Assembly: GCA_002269645.1 (NCBI GenBank)
Contig: NIVC01002833.1
Span: 1 to 64,000 of the forward strand
Direction of reading: 5' to 3'
DNA: 64,000 bases
Source: Macrostomum lignano
Taxonomy: Eukaryota
Under the pieces are notes generated by a model. The model did no database searches. It was not told the DNA's origin and was given only the letters and a program-made list of their open reading frames with translations. A program made the translations under genes and the position numbers. Of the stretch, positions 32,380-45,444 are shown one piece after another (positions within the stretch are counted from its first letter, which is position 1; each line of letters starts with the position of its first letter).

Positions 32380-32435
32380 AATCAATCATTCAACTAATCA
32401 ACGAATCAAATAATCAATCAATAAATCGATCAATT

Positions 32436-32492
<57 letters not shown>

Positions 32493-32876
32493 GATAATCA
32501 ATCAACTAATCAATCAGTCAACCAATCAATAAATCAGACAATCAATCAATTAATCAATCAATCAATCAGTCAATCAGTCAATCAGTCAATTAATCAGTCA
32601 ATCAATCAATCAATCAGTCGATCAATAAATCAATCTTTTAATTGTCTGATCAATCAATCTATAGAACAAACAAACAAACAATACTGAGGTAAGGTAGCAC
32701 GCTTTAGCAGGCAGAGAAATACAAAAGTTAAAATCAACATAGATTATAATAAATTCTTTCTTCCGACGCGTTTCGGTCCAACAATGACCATCTTCAGGGT
32801 CTGGTGTAAAAAAAAATACGCTCGTAAATCCATCAATCAATCAATTAATCAATCACTTAATCAATCACTTAATCAT

Positions 32877-32910
<34 letters not shown>

Positions 32911-32993
32911 GATCAATTAATCAATTAATCAACTAATCAATCAATCGATCAATCAGCCAATCTATCAATCAATCAGGCAATTGATAATTGATT

Positions 32994-33055
<62 letters not shown>

Positions 33056-33075
33056 TAATCAATCAATCAATTAGT
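32380..33075. repeat. (AATC)n microsatellite, two blocks
   Basis: Degenerate tetranucleotide runs split by unique sequence at ~32680-32830. Confidence 0.9.
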
Positions 33076-33725
33076 CAATATTAAATCAAACTAGTATTTA
33101 TCTATTTCGACATGGTCTTGCCCCTTAAATTTACCTGATGCTGTAACATACAACGATTCCCTCAGTCCAACCAATCAGAAAGACTTGTTCGCAGCTCTGA
33201 TATCAATCTCCCTGAGGATAAGCCAGATTGTTTACGAGGTGCTTCATTCGCCGTTTCCCCTCGCCTGACTGATTAATCAACTGCTTTTATTAGTCGCTCG
33301 GCTAGCTCTGAGTCACCGAGAGGACACTCCCTGCGTGACCACTCAGCACCTGATCATTAATTATTCATAAGGGCAGGCTGGTAGGCACATACATGCAGGC
33401 TTGTGAGAAATCAAGGAGCACTTGAAACCAAAATTTGGACTTGTAACTCCTTAACGAATATTTTCTAAGACGATATTAAAACCCAGTCCCAATACAGTTT
33501 CAAATTGTAATAACGCAATTCTGTCAAATTGTTCACCATGGAATCGGACAAATCTGTCACGCCTATTGCGTCATGAAATTAAGAGCTGAAAGGGAAGAGT
33601 TATCAACCCCCAGGCTCTGGCTGTAGGTGTCCTTGGAGAGACAGGTGGTCGCTCAGAGAGTGAATAAATAAGACTGCGAGCACTGCCCTTCGCAGCGGCG
33701 CTTTCCAACCCTACCATATCCAAGC

Positions 33726-36700
33726 ATGCCGCCCTACGCTATTCTCCTGTCAATTATTCTGCTGCTAAGGCAACCGGCCGAGTCTCTGGCAGCCGGAAAT
33801 TTATCGTACCAAACTTCGGACATCATGTGCTCGAAAAGCGTCGCTGCCGCGGCCGAGCTGCTGGCTCGGGCAGTTGAAAATGCGACCGCTGGTGACAGCC
33901 TTGCCGCCAGCAACAGCATCTGCCAGGACCCGCCGGACTGTCGGCGAAGATCGAACGCCTCGGTGGAGCTGCTGCTCACCAGAAGCTGTTCGACCGAATT
34001 CGCCAAGCTCAGCTCGAATGCCTACACAGACTGCCAGACCCTCCTGCAGAGCCAAACTGTCAAGGACCTGTTCGCCTGCGACCCGGCCTGTCCCGGTGCC
34101 GGCTTGCCGCTGTGCGAGTTCCTCCGACGCCAGGAGTTCCGCGGCTCCGACGGAGTGAGCAGCGTGACGCTGAGCTATCAGACTGACCCGCTCACCCTGG
34201 TGCCGTACCCGGCTGTACTGGGCGTCAGCCCCGATGTAGCGACCCAGGTGCAGCTCCCGTTCCGCCTGCTGCTGGTTGAAAGCGTCGGAGGGGTCAGCGA
34301 GGAGCGACGCTGCCCAATCTGCATCAAATTCGCCGGCGTGCTGGTCGACGAGCCGACGGAAACTCCGACGGTGGACTCAGAGACGACTGTCAGAGACACC
34401 AGCGTCGGTTAGGCTGGGTGGAGACTGGAAGACTGGGCCACAGAAACAGGAATATCATGGAGGGACACAGACAGTCAGAGAGTGACAGAGAGTGACAGAG
34501 AGTGACAGAGAGTGACAGAGAGTGACGGAGAGTGAAAGAGAGTGACAGTGACACAGAGTGACAAAGAGAGTCACAGAGTGACGGAGAGTGACAGAGAGTG
34601 ACAGAGAGTGACAGAGAGTGACGGAGAGTGAAAGAGAGTGACAGTGACACAGAGTGACAAAGAGAGTCACAGAGTGACGGAGACAGAGTCGGGAAACTCA
34701 AAGCAGCCACCATGGAACACAGAGAGTGGCTGGGGCACAACAGGGAATTAATATTTAGTATTTGCAAAGGGTCCAGCAATCAGCAATCAATGATCAAGAG
34801 ATTAAAGAAATTCATAAAGACTGAACGGTTCAACCCCTAGCCAATTCTTTATTTCCTATCCATCTAATTCCTCTAGCCAAAGCAATTCGTTGGATTGTAA
34901 ATGCAACTATTTTTATAGATAAGCTTAGCTCGCTATTTTCCATCCCGTGACCCTCGAGTTTTCTTCGGCTGTACCTTCTAGGGTTGAAGACTATCTGATA
35001 GATGAAGAACGGGCGGGGGAGAAAGTACATTAGGGAAGCTGGAAGGAGGGAGATGCACATGCCTGCGTGCTTGGTAGCGAAGGATACTACAGCAGTCAAT
35101 ATCGTTGCATCCGAAGGTGCAAGTGGTTGGTTTAAAAAAACCTGGCGTCTGACTTCTGTATCTCCGACAGTGAATTATTATTCATTGATATGAAAAGTGC
35201 ATTCGCTGGGATAACCTATTCGATTCCGTCTGGAGTTTGAAGAGAAAGTGAAGTGGGATCCGGGAAATTCTTCATGTTGTTTACTTGGTTCTCTGCTTGG
35301 CTTCATAAATCATTTTGAATAAGTTTATTTCCCAGGGATTTGTTCGCATTCGTTTAGAATTTAATCTTCGAAATGCATTTAACTCTTCATTCTGAATGCT
35401 TTAACAAAAATGAAAGGCGACTCCCTTAGTATTTCCCCTCGAAGTAGTATAGGATTTCTCGCACAATTCACCGAATTCCTGCATATGATTTTCTTTGAAG
35501 GACTCTGCAGTATGGGAATTCTGGTCCGGAATTTCCCTGGGATTCCCTTAAAGATTTCCCTTCGAAACTTCCTTAGAAGGTTTCCTTTGAGATTCCTTTT
35601 GGGGATCACCAATTTGTATTCCCCTTAGGATTCCTGTTTGGAATTCACCTTTGGGTGATTCCTCTTTGGGATTCCCATTTGGGATTCCACTTTGGAAAGC
35701 GGAAATTCCGCTTTGGAAATTATCTTGGGAATTCCTCTGCAATTCTCTTTGCGATTTTCCTGGGATACGCTTTGGGATTTCCCTGGGGATACCCTTTGGG
35801 ATTTCCCTGGGGATACCCTATCGGATTTCCATGGGGATACCCTTTCGGATTTCCCTGGGGATACCCTTTCGGATTTCCCTGGGGATACACTTTCGGATTT
35901 CCCTGGGGATTACCCTTTCGGATTTCCCTGGGATACCCTTTGGGATTCCCCTTGCGATTCTCTTGGGAATCCCCTTGAGATAGGGGGCCGTAGCCCAGCG
36001 GTAGCGCAGCTGCTCTGATGTGCCAGCGACCCAGGCTCGATTCCAAGTGCAGTCACATTAATTTGGGGCTGAATTGGAATCTCGGCTTGGCTCTGCTCGT
36101 GCAATTAACGGCCTTGAGAGCCAACCCCCCAAGGCGCAGTGAAGTGTACATCCCTAACGATAAATAAAGTTAGGGCCGCTGTACACTCCTGTGTGAGTGT
36201 GTGCCTGCGTACGTATCCGCGCGCTTGTATGCCTGCTCAGGGGAGTCGGCGGAATGGGCAGTAATGCCTCTCGCCGGTTGTGTGCCTATGTCGCTTAAAG
36301 TGCGCCAGGGTGCACACAACCCCCCTGCCTCTAATAAAAAAAATCCCCTTGAGATTGCCCAATCGATCGTATAAGATTTACGTCTCTGTAATTAATGTGG
36401 TAAATTTTTATAGCTTATATAAGAATCCCCAGAGTTTAAGGTAATTTGGAAAACCACACCGCCCCATTTAGAAACGCCATGCGCCACCTGTTCAACAACG
36501 GAGAGTCCCAGCCGAAACGCCTGCAGCACTTATGAGGGCTCCGAGCGATCCTACCTTGATGCCAATGGCGAGTGCCAGCCTTTGCCAGCAAATTTTAAGG
36601 AACTGAATTCAACGGTGAGTGGCTATCGGTATGCGATTTGGGGACAGCTTCAGGAGTCATGGTAACGATTTTATGGGCCATTGTAACTGTTAATGAGATC

Positions 36701-39700
36701 ATAGTAGCAGTTCATAGATTATAAGTTTATTAGAAATATTCATGAGGTCATTGCAATATCGATGAGGTCATCGTAGTATTGGTTCAGTCATTGCAGTAAC
36801 AATGAGATAATATTAATACCTATGATGTCGTAGTATTGATGAGGTTGTTTAAGTATTGATGGGTTCTTTTTTCTAACAATTATGTTATTGTAAGAATTGT
36901 TTAAGTCATTCTAGAATCTCTGAGGTCATTGTTGAATATTTGAGGTCATTGTAGAATATTTGAGGTCATTGTAGAATGTTTGAGGTCATTTTAAAATGTT
37001 TGAAGTCATTGTAGAATATTTGAGGTCATTTTAGAACTAATTAGGTCATTATAAAATTGATGATGTCATTGTAGATTTAATGATGTCATTGTAGAATATT
37101 TAAGATAAACGTAAAATCAAAAAGTTTATGAGGTCATTTTACTATCGATGAGGTCATTTTAGAATGGATGAGGTCATTTTAGTATGGATGAAGTCATATT
37201 AAAATCAATGAGGCAACTGAGCTCTTTTTAAACGCGTAAAAAACATTCCAGATGAAGTCAGACTTGGCTGACAGCCAAAAGGCCACAATGCTGCTTGAGT
37301 ATGCCCAGAAAAATTTCGACAGCGCTAAGTCGATGAAAGAATTCACCAGCTTACTGAATCAACAGCTGACCTCGAACACTGACTCATCAACTCGGACGGT
37401 TGCCAAATTGTTGAAAACAGTTGGAGTCGTTGCTGACATGCCATTGTGGCGAGCTGTCAAGAATCTGACAGACTCTGACGCTAAGGACTTGGCCGAGACC
37501 GCCGCCTCTGTTATTGACGCTGTGGACAGCATTGGCTTCGGGCTGGCGGCGTCCGCTGCCCAGGACTTCAGCATTGATGGCGGCGATGGCGGAGTGGGTG
37601 AGTGAGTGACTGACTGACTGACTGACTGACTGACTGACTGACTGACTGACTGACTGACTGACTCATTTTCAAAGAGCTACTAGTCATTCATAGTCACTCA
37701 TAATCACTCATATTCACTCATAGTCACTCATAGTCACCAAAAGTAACTCATAGTCATTCATAGTCACTCATAATCACTCATATTCACTCATAGTCACTCA
37801 TAGTCACCAATAGTAACTCATAGTCATTCATAGTCACTCATATTCACTCATAGTCACTCATAGTCACTCATATTCACTCATAGTCACTCATAGTCACTCA
37901 TAGTCACTCATAGTCACTCATATTCACTCATATTCACTCATAGTCACTCATATTCACTCATAGTCACTCATAATCACTCATATTCACTCATAGTCACTAG
38001 TCACTCATAGTCACTCATATTCACTCATAGTCACTCATAGTCACTCATAGTCACTCATATTCACTCATATTCACTCATAGTCACTCATAGTCACTCATAT
38101 TCACTCATAGTCACTCATAATCACTCATATTCACTCATAGTCACTAGTCACTCATAGTCACTCATAGTCACTCATAGTCACTCATATTCACTCATAGTCA
38201 CTCATAGTCACTCATAGTCACTCATATTCACTCATATTCACTCATAGTCACTCATATTCACTCATATTCACTCATAGTCACTCATAGTCACTCATAGTAA
38301 CTCATAGTAACTCATAGTCTCTCATAGTCACTCATATTCACTCATAGTCACTCATAATCACTCATATTCACTCATAGTCACTCATAGTCACTCATATTCA
38401 CTCATAGTCACTCATAGTCACTCATATTCACTCATAGTCACTCATAGTCACTCATAGTAACTCATAGTAACTCATAGTCTCTCATAGTCACTCATATTCA
38501 CTCATAGTCACTCATAATCACTCATAATCACTCATAGTCACTCATAGTCACTCATATTCACTCATAGTCACTCATAGTCACTCATAGTCACTCATAGTCA
38601 CTCATAGTCACTCATAGTCACTCATAGTCACTCATAGTCACTCATAGTCACTCATAGTCACTCATAGTCACTCATAGTCACTCATAGTCACTCATAGTCA
38701 CTCATAGTCACTCATACTAATTGTAGCACTAAAATCCAAACTGTATGATTTTTACTCACAATTATTCATACAACGCAGCCCCTCTGCATAAAAAGTAATT
38801 TTGCCTCAACATAGCGAGTCCAGCTGTCTGCGCCAGTCACCAACCGGAACTGTATCTGTTGGCACGCAATGCGCATACAAGTCTGAAAATGTTTCATTTC
38901 AAGCTACAGAGCTACGCAATATTGCGTTATTAGCTATCTGTTGCGAGCATTGCGCGGGAGGTCGCATGGCGTGAATTTGGTTTACGGTCACCGAATCTTG
39001 ATTTCTGACTCCGCTATTTTTAATATTATTTTGTGCTGCGAATTTTAACGATAATTGTGTGATGTGACAGGTTGTTACACGCATTGAAAAAAATGGAAAC
39101 ATGTTGGGCTGTAGCGATGGTAGCAAGCGATGAAAAGAGAATAAATGTTCTGATTTTTTGTAGCAAAATGTTTATACTAACACAGAAAAGTGGTGGAATG
39201 GATAAACAGGTCTAAAAGGCAGTTTTACAGGTAGTCTAACAGGTACTCATAGTATAACAGGTAGTCTAACAGGTAGTCTAACAGGTAGTCTAACAGGTAG
39301 TCGAACAGGTAGTCTAACAAGTAGTCGAACACGTAATCTAACAAGTAGTCTAACAGGTAGTCTAACAGGTAGTCTAACAGGTAGTCGAACAGGTAGTCTA
39401 ACAAGTATTCGAACACGTAGTCTAACAAGTAGTCGAACAAGTAGTCGAACAAGTAGTCGAACACGTAGTCTAACAAGTAGTCTAACAGGTAGTCGAACAC
39501 GTAGTCTAACAAGTAGTCGAACACGTAGTCTAACAAGTAGTCGAACACGTAGTCTAACAGGTAGTCTAACAGGTAGTCGAACAGGTATTCGAACACGTAG
39601 TCGAACACGTAGTCTAACAAGTAGTCGAACACGTAGTCTAACAGGTAGTCTAACAGGTAGTCGAACACGTAGTCTAACAAGTAGTCGAACACGTAGTCTA

Positions 39701-42700
39701 ACAGGTAGTCTAACAGGTAGTCGAACAGGTATTCGAACACGTAGTCGAACACGTAGTCTAACAGGTAGTCTAACAGGTATTGAACAGGTAGTTTAAAGGG
39801 TAGTCTAACAGGTAGTTTAACAGGGTAGTCTAACAGGTAGTCTAAGTGGTAGTCTAATAGGTAATCGAACAGGTAGTCGAACACGTAGTCGAACAGGTAG
39901 TCTAACAGGTAGTCTAACAGGTAGTCGAACATGCAATTTAACAAGTAGTCTACGAGTAACAGGTAGTCTAGCAGGCTAGTCTAACAGGTATTCTAGCAGG
40001 CTAGTCTAACAGGTATTCTAGCAGGCTAGTCTAACAGGTAGTCTAACAGGTAGTCGAACAGGTAGTCTAACAGGCTAGTCTAACAGGTAGTCGAACAGGT
40101 AATCTAACCGGTAGTATAAAAGGTAGACTAACAGGTTATCTAACAGGCTAGTCTAACAGGTAGTCTAGCAGCCAGTTTCAAGAGCAGTCCAACTTGCACT
40201 TCCCAAAGCGCAGCAGCCCCCCAATCCCCAACTCCCAGCTCTGTCCTTTGTCCGCCTGGCACCGGACCGCGGCTGGACGACAGCCAAGCCGGACAGCCGG
40301 ACCCAGCTGAAGCTGACAGCCAATCTTGTCGACAGTTCCGGGCAAGTCACCGAAGCTGACAATCGAACTGTGGTGGCAACATCGCTAGACCTGCCGCATC
40401 TCATTGGCAGCCTGCCAGATCCGGCCGGCAACGCCCCGGAGACGTCGGGCCTCATCGCGACTCGAATCGTTCAGGCCAGCCTCTTCGGAAGTTCGGACGG
40501 CCCGGGAAGTCGCAGGCTGACAGAGGCGTCGGTTCTGGTCGTGCTGCCGCATCTGAGCGGCAGGCAGTGGGTCGGAGTCCACAGGACCTGCGCCTACCTG
40601 AGGCCGGGTACTGGGCTGCTCGACTCCCACGGTTGCCGGGTGGTGCCCGAGCTCAGCAGCGCAGTGAAAACCGCCTGCCTGTGCAACCATCTCAGCAGTT
40701 TTGCTGTTGTCGTGTCGCCGAGCGACTCCTGGGCTACGATCGAGTCCAAGCAGCTGCTGATGGAGCACTCTGTGCCGCTGGCAGTTCTCACCTACGTCTG
40801 CCTGGGCCTGTCAATCCTCTGCCTGCTGCTCACCTGCGTCACCTATGCGGCTGTCCGAGTGAAGACTCAGGCCGCCGATCACTCCATAGCAACTCTGCAT
40901 CGGGTGCACAGCTGCCTGTCTGCCTGCCTGCTGGGCGCGCACGCCCTTTTTCTAGCCGGGTTCGAGCGCGGGACCACATTCGGCGCGTTGGCCTGCAAGA
41001 TTGTGTCGGGAGCCGCTGTGTACCTCTTTCTCGCCGTTTTCTGCTGGCTGCTTTGCGAAGGCTTCATGTACACCAAGAGCCTCATTGTGGTGCTGCCAGG
41101 AGTAGACAGCACCTTCGCCAAGGTGGGCAAAGGGGTTAAACTGAGATAGGCAGCGGAGTGGGGTGGATCCAGGGAGTGAGGTGGGTGCAGGGAGTGAGGT
41201 GGGTGAAGGAGTGAGGTTGTGCAGGGAGTGAGGTGAGGCAGGGAGTGAGGTGAGGCAGGGAGTGAGGTGGGGCAGGGAGTGAGGTGGGGCAGGGAGTGAG
41301 GTGGGGCAGGGAGTGAGGTGGGGCAGGGAGTGAGGTGGGTGCAGGGAGTGAGGTGGGTGAAGGAGTGAGGTTGGTGCAGTGAGTGGAGTGGTTTGAGGTG
41401 AGGCAGGGAGTGAGGTGGGTGTAGGAGTGAGGTAGGTGCAGGAGTGAGGTGGGTGCAGGTGTGAGGCGGGTGTTGAAAGGCGTCAACACGAGCCCGTTGT
41501 CCCGGAACCCATCACCAGGTGAAGTTCCGGCACTATTGCCTGCTGAGCATCCTGGCTCCAGCCGCAATTCTCGTGCCGGTGGCATTGATCCGGTCAGACC
41601 AGATGATCCAATACCGGGCCAACCTGGAAGGCTACAGCGCCAGCCTGGAGGAGCCGAGCACCTGCTGGCTGTCCGACCGGAACGGCACTTATTGGGCCTT
41701 CCTCGGCCCGGTCCTGTTTGTCTGTGCCGTCAACCTCGCCATCTTTGTGGCCATTCTGGTCAAACTGTCCAGGAGGGATCTCGGAACCGGAGGCGATGAC
41801 GGAGGCTGCAACGGAAACAGCGGCGGTACAGCGGGACTCTTCGGCCTCGGAGAGTTCATGAGACGGCAGGTGGGTTGCCGTTTGGCCGAGCCTTGGTCTC
41901 GAAGAGATTCGTCTCAATGAGATTCGTCTCAATGAGATTCGTCTGAATGAGATTCGTCTCAATGAGATTCGTCTGAATGAGATTCGTCTCAATGAGATTC
42001 GTCTCGAAGAGATTCGTCTCAATGAGATTCGTCTCAATGAGATTCGTCTCGATGAGATTCGTCTCGATGAGATTCGTCTCAATGAGATTTGTCTCAATGA
42101 GATTCGTCTCAATGAGATTTGTCTCAATGAGATTCGTCTCAATGAGATTTGTCTCAATGAGATTCGTCTCAATGAGATTCGTCTCAATGAGATTCGTCTC
42201 AATGAGATTTGTCTCAATGAGATTCGTCTCAATGAGATTTGTCTCAATGAGATTCGTCTCAATGAGATTCGTCTCGATGAGATTCGTCTCGATGAGATTC
42301 GTCTCGATGAGATTCGACTCAATTACGAAAGCATTACATTATAATTCAGAATGGACTATTCTCTATCCAATCCCCCAGGTGAAGCTGTCAATCACGCTGG
42401 CCTCGCTGCTCGGGCTCACCTGGCTGCTGTGCATTCTATTCTTCTTTGCTGAGGGCCGGTTCCTGCTCGCGGCTCACTACCTGTTCGTGCTGCTCACCGG
42501 CCTGCAGGGCTGCTTCATCTTCGCCACCCAGATCGCCGCTCACGAGAGAATTCGCGAGGCCTGGGAGCGGCGCCTGCTGAGCAGCGGCGGCCGCTGCCTC
42601 CCCAGCAGCCTTCGCCGCTGTCTGGAGAGACGGCGCACGGACAGAATCAGCGGCGCCTGCGGCAAGCAGCAGCTGCAGCAGCAGAAGTTGAACTCCAGAA

Positions 42701-43772
42701 GCAAAAGTGCGGCCGATTCCGCTGCGCAAGGGAATTCGAAGGTTTGTAGAAAACTCAATCCTTGGCTTAAGGATTAAGGATCATTGGGCATTTGGCTAAT
42801 GGGTCAGTGAGCTACTTGATTGGTCATTGAGTTCATTGGTCATTGAGTTGATTGGTCATTGAGTTGATTGGTCATTGAGTTGATTGGTCATTGAGTTGAT
42901 TGGTCATTGAGTTGATTGCTCATTGAGTTGATTGGTCATTGAGTTGATTGGTCATTGAGTTGATTGGTCATTGAGTTGATTGGTCATTGAGTTGATTGGT
43001 CATTGAGTTCATTGTTCATTGAGTTGATTGGTCATTGAGTTTATTGGTCATTGAGTTCATTGGTCATTGAGTTCATTGGTCATTGAGTTTATTAGTCATT
43101 GAGTTGATTGTTCATTGAGTTTATTGGTCATTGAGTTTATTGGTCATTGAGTATATTGGTCATTGAGTTGATTGGTCATTGAGTTGATTGGTCATTGAGT
43201 TGATTGGTCATTGAGTTGATTGGTCATTGAGTATATTGGTCATTGAGTTCATTGGTCATTGAGTTTATTGGTCATTGAGTTTATTAGTCATTGAGTTGAT
43301 TGGTCATTGAGTTGATTGGTCATTGAGTTGATTGGTCATTGAGTTGATTGGTCATTGAGTTGATTGGTCATTGAGTTGATTGGTCATTCAGCTGATTGGT
43401 CATTCATTTGATAGGTCATAAAGTTAAGTTTTCACCGAGTTGTTTAAACAACCAAGTTATATCCCAGAATGTGTGCAATCTACCTATATCTCTGTGCAGA
43501 GGAACTGCTGCACCTGTTGCCATCTGCTGTTTTCTGGCTCGCCCAACACGGCATCATCTGAGGCCGCCTTGTGCCCTTCCTCAGAGAAAAATATTTGTCA
43601 TCAGATGCAGCCAGAGCCCGTGACTTCCGGGTTCGCTGTAACCGACTGCAACACTCCCGTGGGCCTCTGCATGAGACCCCTGCCCAGTGACAGCATCGCC
43701 TCCTCTGCTGACTGCTCTGTTGCCACCGATGTCACCCGGCTGTAGAGCTGAGGCAGACAGACAGACAGACAC

Positions 43773-43835
<63 letters not shown>

Positions 43836-43949
43836 GGCAGACAGACAGACAGACAGACACACACAGACAGACAGACAGACAGACACTAAGACAGACAGAC
43901 ACTAAGACAGACAGACGGACAGACACTAAGACAGACAGACAGACAGACT

Positions 43950-44003
<54 letters not shown>

Positions 44004-45322
44004 TAGACAGACACTAAAACACTAAGACAGATATTAAGACAGAAACTGGGACAGACACTAACACACTGAGGCAGACACTGGGACGACAGAGACAGGCACT
44101 GAGACAGGCACTGAGACAGACACTGAGACAGACACTGAGACAGACACCGAGACAGGCACTGAGACAGGAACTGAGACAGACACTGAGACAGACACCGAGA
44201 CAGGCACTGAGACAGACACTGAGGCAGACACTGAGGCAGACACTGAGACAGACACTGAGACAGGCACTGAGACAGACACTGACACACTGAGGCAGACACT
44301 GGGACGACAGAGACGGGCACAGAGACAGACACTGAGACAGACACCGAGACAGGCACTGAGACAGACACTGAGGCAGACACTGAGACAGACACCGAGACAG
44401 AAACTGAGACAGGTACTGAGACAGGCACTGAGACAGACACTGAGGCAGACACTGAGACAGGCACTGAGACAGACACTGACACACTGAGGCAGACACTGGG
44501 ACGACAGAGACGGGCACAGAGACAGACACTGAGACAGGAACTGAGACAGACACTGAGACAGACACCGAGACAGGCACTGAGACAGACACCGAGACAGACA
44601 CTGAGACAGGCACTGAGACAGACACTGAGGCAGACACTGAGACAGGCACTGAGACAGACACTGACACACTGAGGCAGACACTGGGACGACAGAGACGGGC
44701 ACAGAGACAGACACTGAGACAGGAACTGAGACAGACACTGAGACAGACACCGAGACAGGCACTGAGACAGACACTGAGGCAGACACTGAGACAGACACCG
44801 AGACAGACACTGAGATAGACGCTGAGAAAGACACTGACACAGACACAAAAAGTCATTAAGACAGACACTGCGAAGGTGTTACTCACATTCACACATTCTA
44901 TTTAAAGTGTCACCCCAGCTGCATGATCGTACATACGGATTTCGAATATTTATTCAGTTTCCATCACCAGAATCACTGCCAGTTATTAAATATTATCTTA
45001 TCCCCGGATGGTGAACTTCCTCACTGGCACCCCCGCCTCACGCATGCAGTCTGACAGCCACTCGATGGCTCCGATTTACCGCGGCACTGCTCAGACTGAG
45101 GAAGTCAGCTTCGTCACCTCATCACCGGCGGCAGCCGCTCCTCCTGGTAATGATCGACAGAGAGCCGAGCCAATTAAAGTTGCCATGGCAACCACGATTA
45201 GCCTGGGCGATATTCAGTGCGCCTGCGGCTGCGGCAGCGCAAATGACGGCCAGTGCGACAATGGCTTGGACGAGGAGGACTGGCACACGGCCGACATCAT
45301 GCCTCCCGTTGCTGAGGCCTGA
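33726..45322 (+). CDS. Adhesion GPCR (GAIN/GPS plus 7TM, secretin-like class)
   Basis: Exons 33726-34407 (signal peptide MPPYAILLSIILLL), 36472-36614, 37252-37597, 40176-41122 (GPS CAYLRPGTGLLDSHGC...CLCNHLSSFAVVV; TM1-3, FCWLLCEG), 41519-41869 (CWLS..YWAFLGP), 42379-42741 (LLGLTW..LQGCFIF) are phase-consistent. The terminal exon is uncertain: 45050-45322, or about 43606-43745. Confidence 0.92.
34465..34685. repeat. GAGTGACA(G/C)AGA-type minisatellite
   Basis: 10-12-bp units. The same family occurs at 59620-59930. Confidence 0.85.
35750..35945. repeat. 24-bp minisatellite in a GGGA/TCCC-rich low-complexity tract
   Basis: Unit GGATTTCCCTGGGGATACCCTTTC. Confidence 0.8.
35982..36341 (+). mobile_element. 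Full-length tRNA-derived SINE with TSD
   Basis: tRNA-like head GGGGCCGTAGCCCAGCGG (A-box) and GGCTCGATTCC (B-box), AATAAAAAAAA tail, and 14-bp direct repeat AATCCCCTTGAGAT at 35968-35981 and 36342-36355. Confidence 0.85.
36900..37200. repeat. Degenerate ~20-bp minisatellite
   Basis: TTTGAGGTCATTGTAGAATA units. Confidence 0.75.
37600..38716. repeat. (TGAC)n followed by a 10-bp array TAGTCACTCA
   Basis: Directly visible tandem units. Confidence 0.95.
39225..40165. repeat. 12-bp minisatellite
   Basis: Unit TAGTCTAACAGG and variants. Confidence 0.93.
41165..41465. repeat. ~18-bp G-rich minisatellite
   Basis: GCAGGGAGTGAGGTGGG units. Confidence 0.88.
41900..42320. repeat. 15-bp hairpin-unit minisatellite, about 28 copies
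   Basis: Unit ATGAGATTCGTCTCA (TGAGA-TTCG-TCTCA inverted repeat). Confidence 0.95.
42815..43390. repeat. 16-bp minisatellite
   Basis: Unit GGTCATTGAGTTGATT. Confidence 0.95.
43755..44860. repeat. (ACAG)n grading into a 12-bp GACACTGAGACA array
   Basis: A ~180-220-bp higher-order block marked by CTGGGACGACAGAGAC recurs 4 times. Confidence 0.92.
45179..45192. promoter_or_regulatory. RFX X-box, perfect palindrome GTTGCCATGGCAAC
   Basis: Exact consensus match inside the putative last exon of the adhesion GPCR. Confidence 0.35.
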
Positions 45323-45444
45323 GGCTGGGCTATAGACAGTTGCACAATTTTCTAGCTAATATTTCAGCGGATGCCTCACTGTGGTTCCAGACAGTTCTAG
45401 CTATTGCAATTGTGTCTGTCATTTATGTGCTGACACCTCTCCCT

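Noticed and set aside
35750-35945. Cluster of NF-kB-like GGGATTTCCC sites
   Set aside because: A by-product of a 24-bp tandem unit in a low-complexity intronic tract, with no independent support.
41870-42378. In-frame retention of the hairpin-array intron (ORF 41977-42777)
   Set aside because: The upstream exon frame stops at TGA near 41920, so the MRFVS repeat cannot join the receptor by retention.
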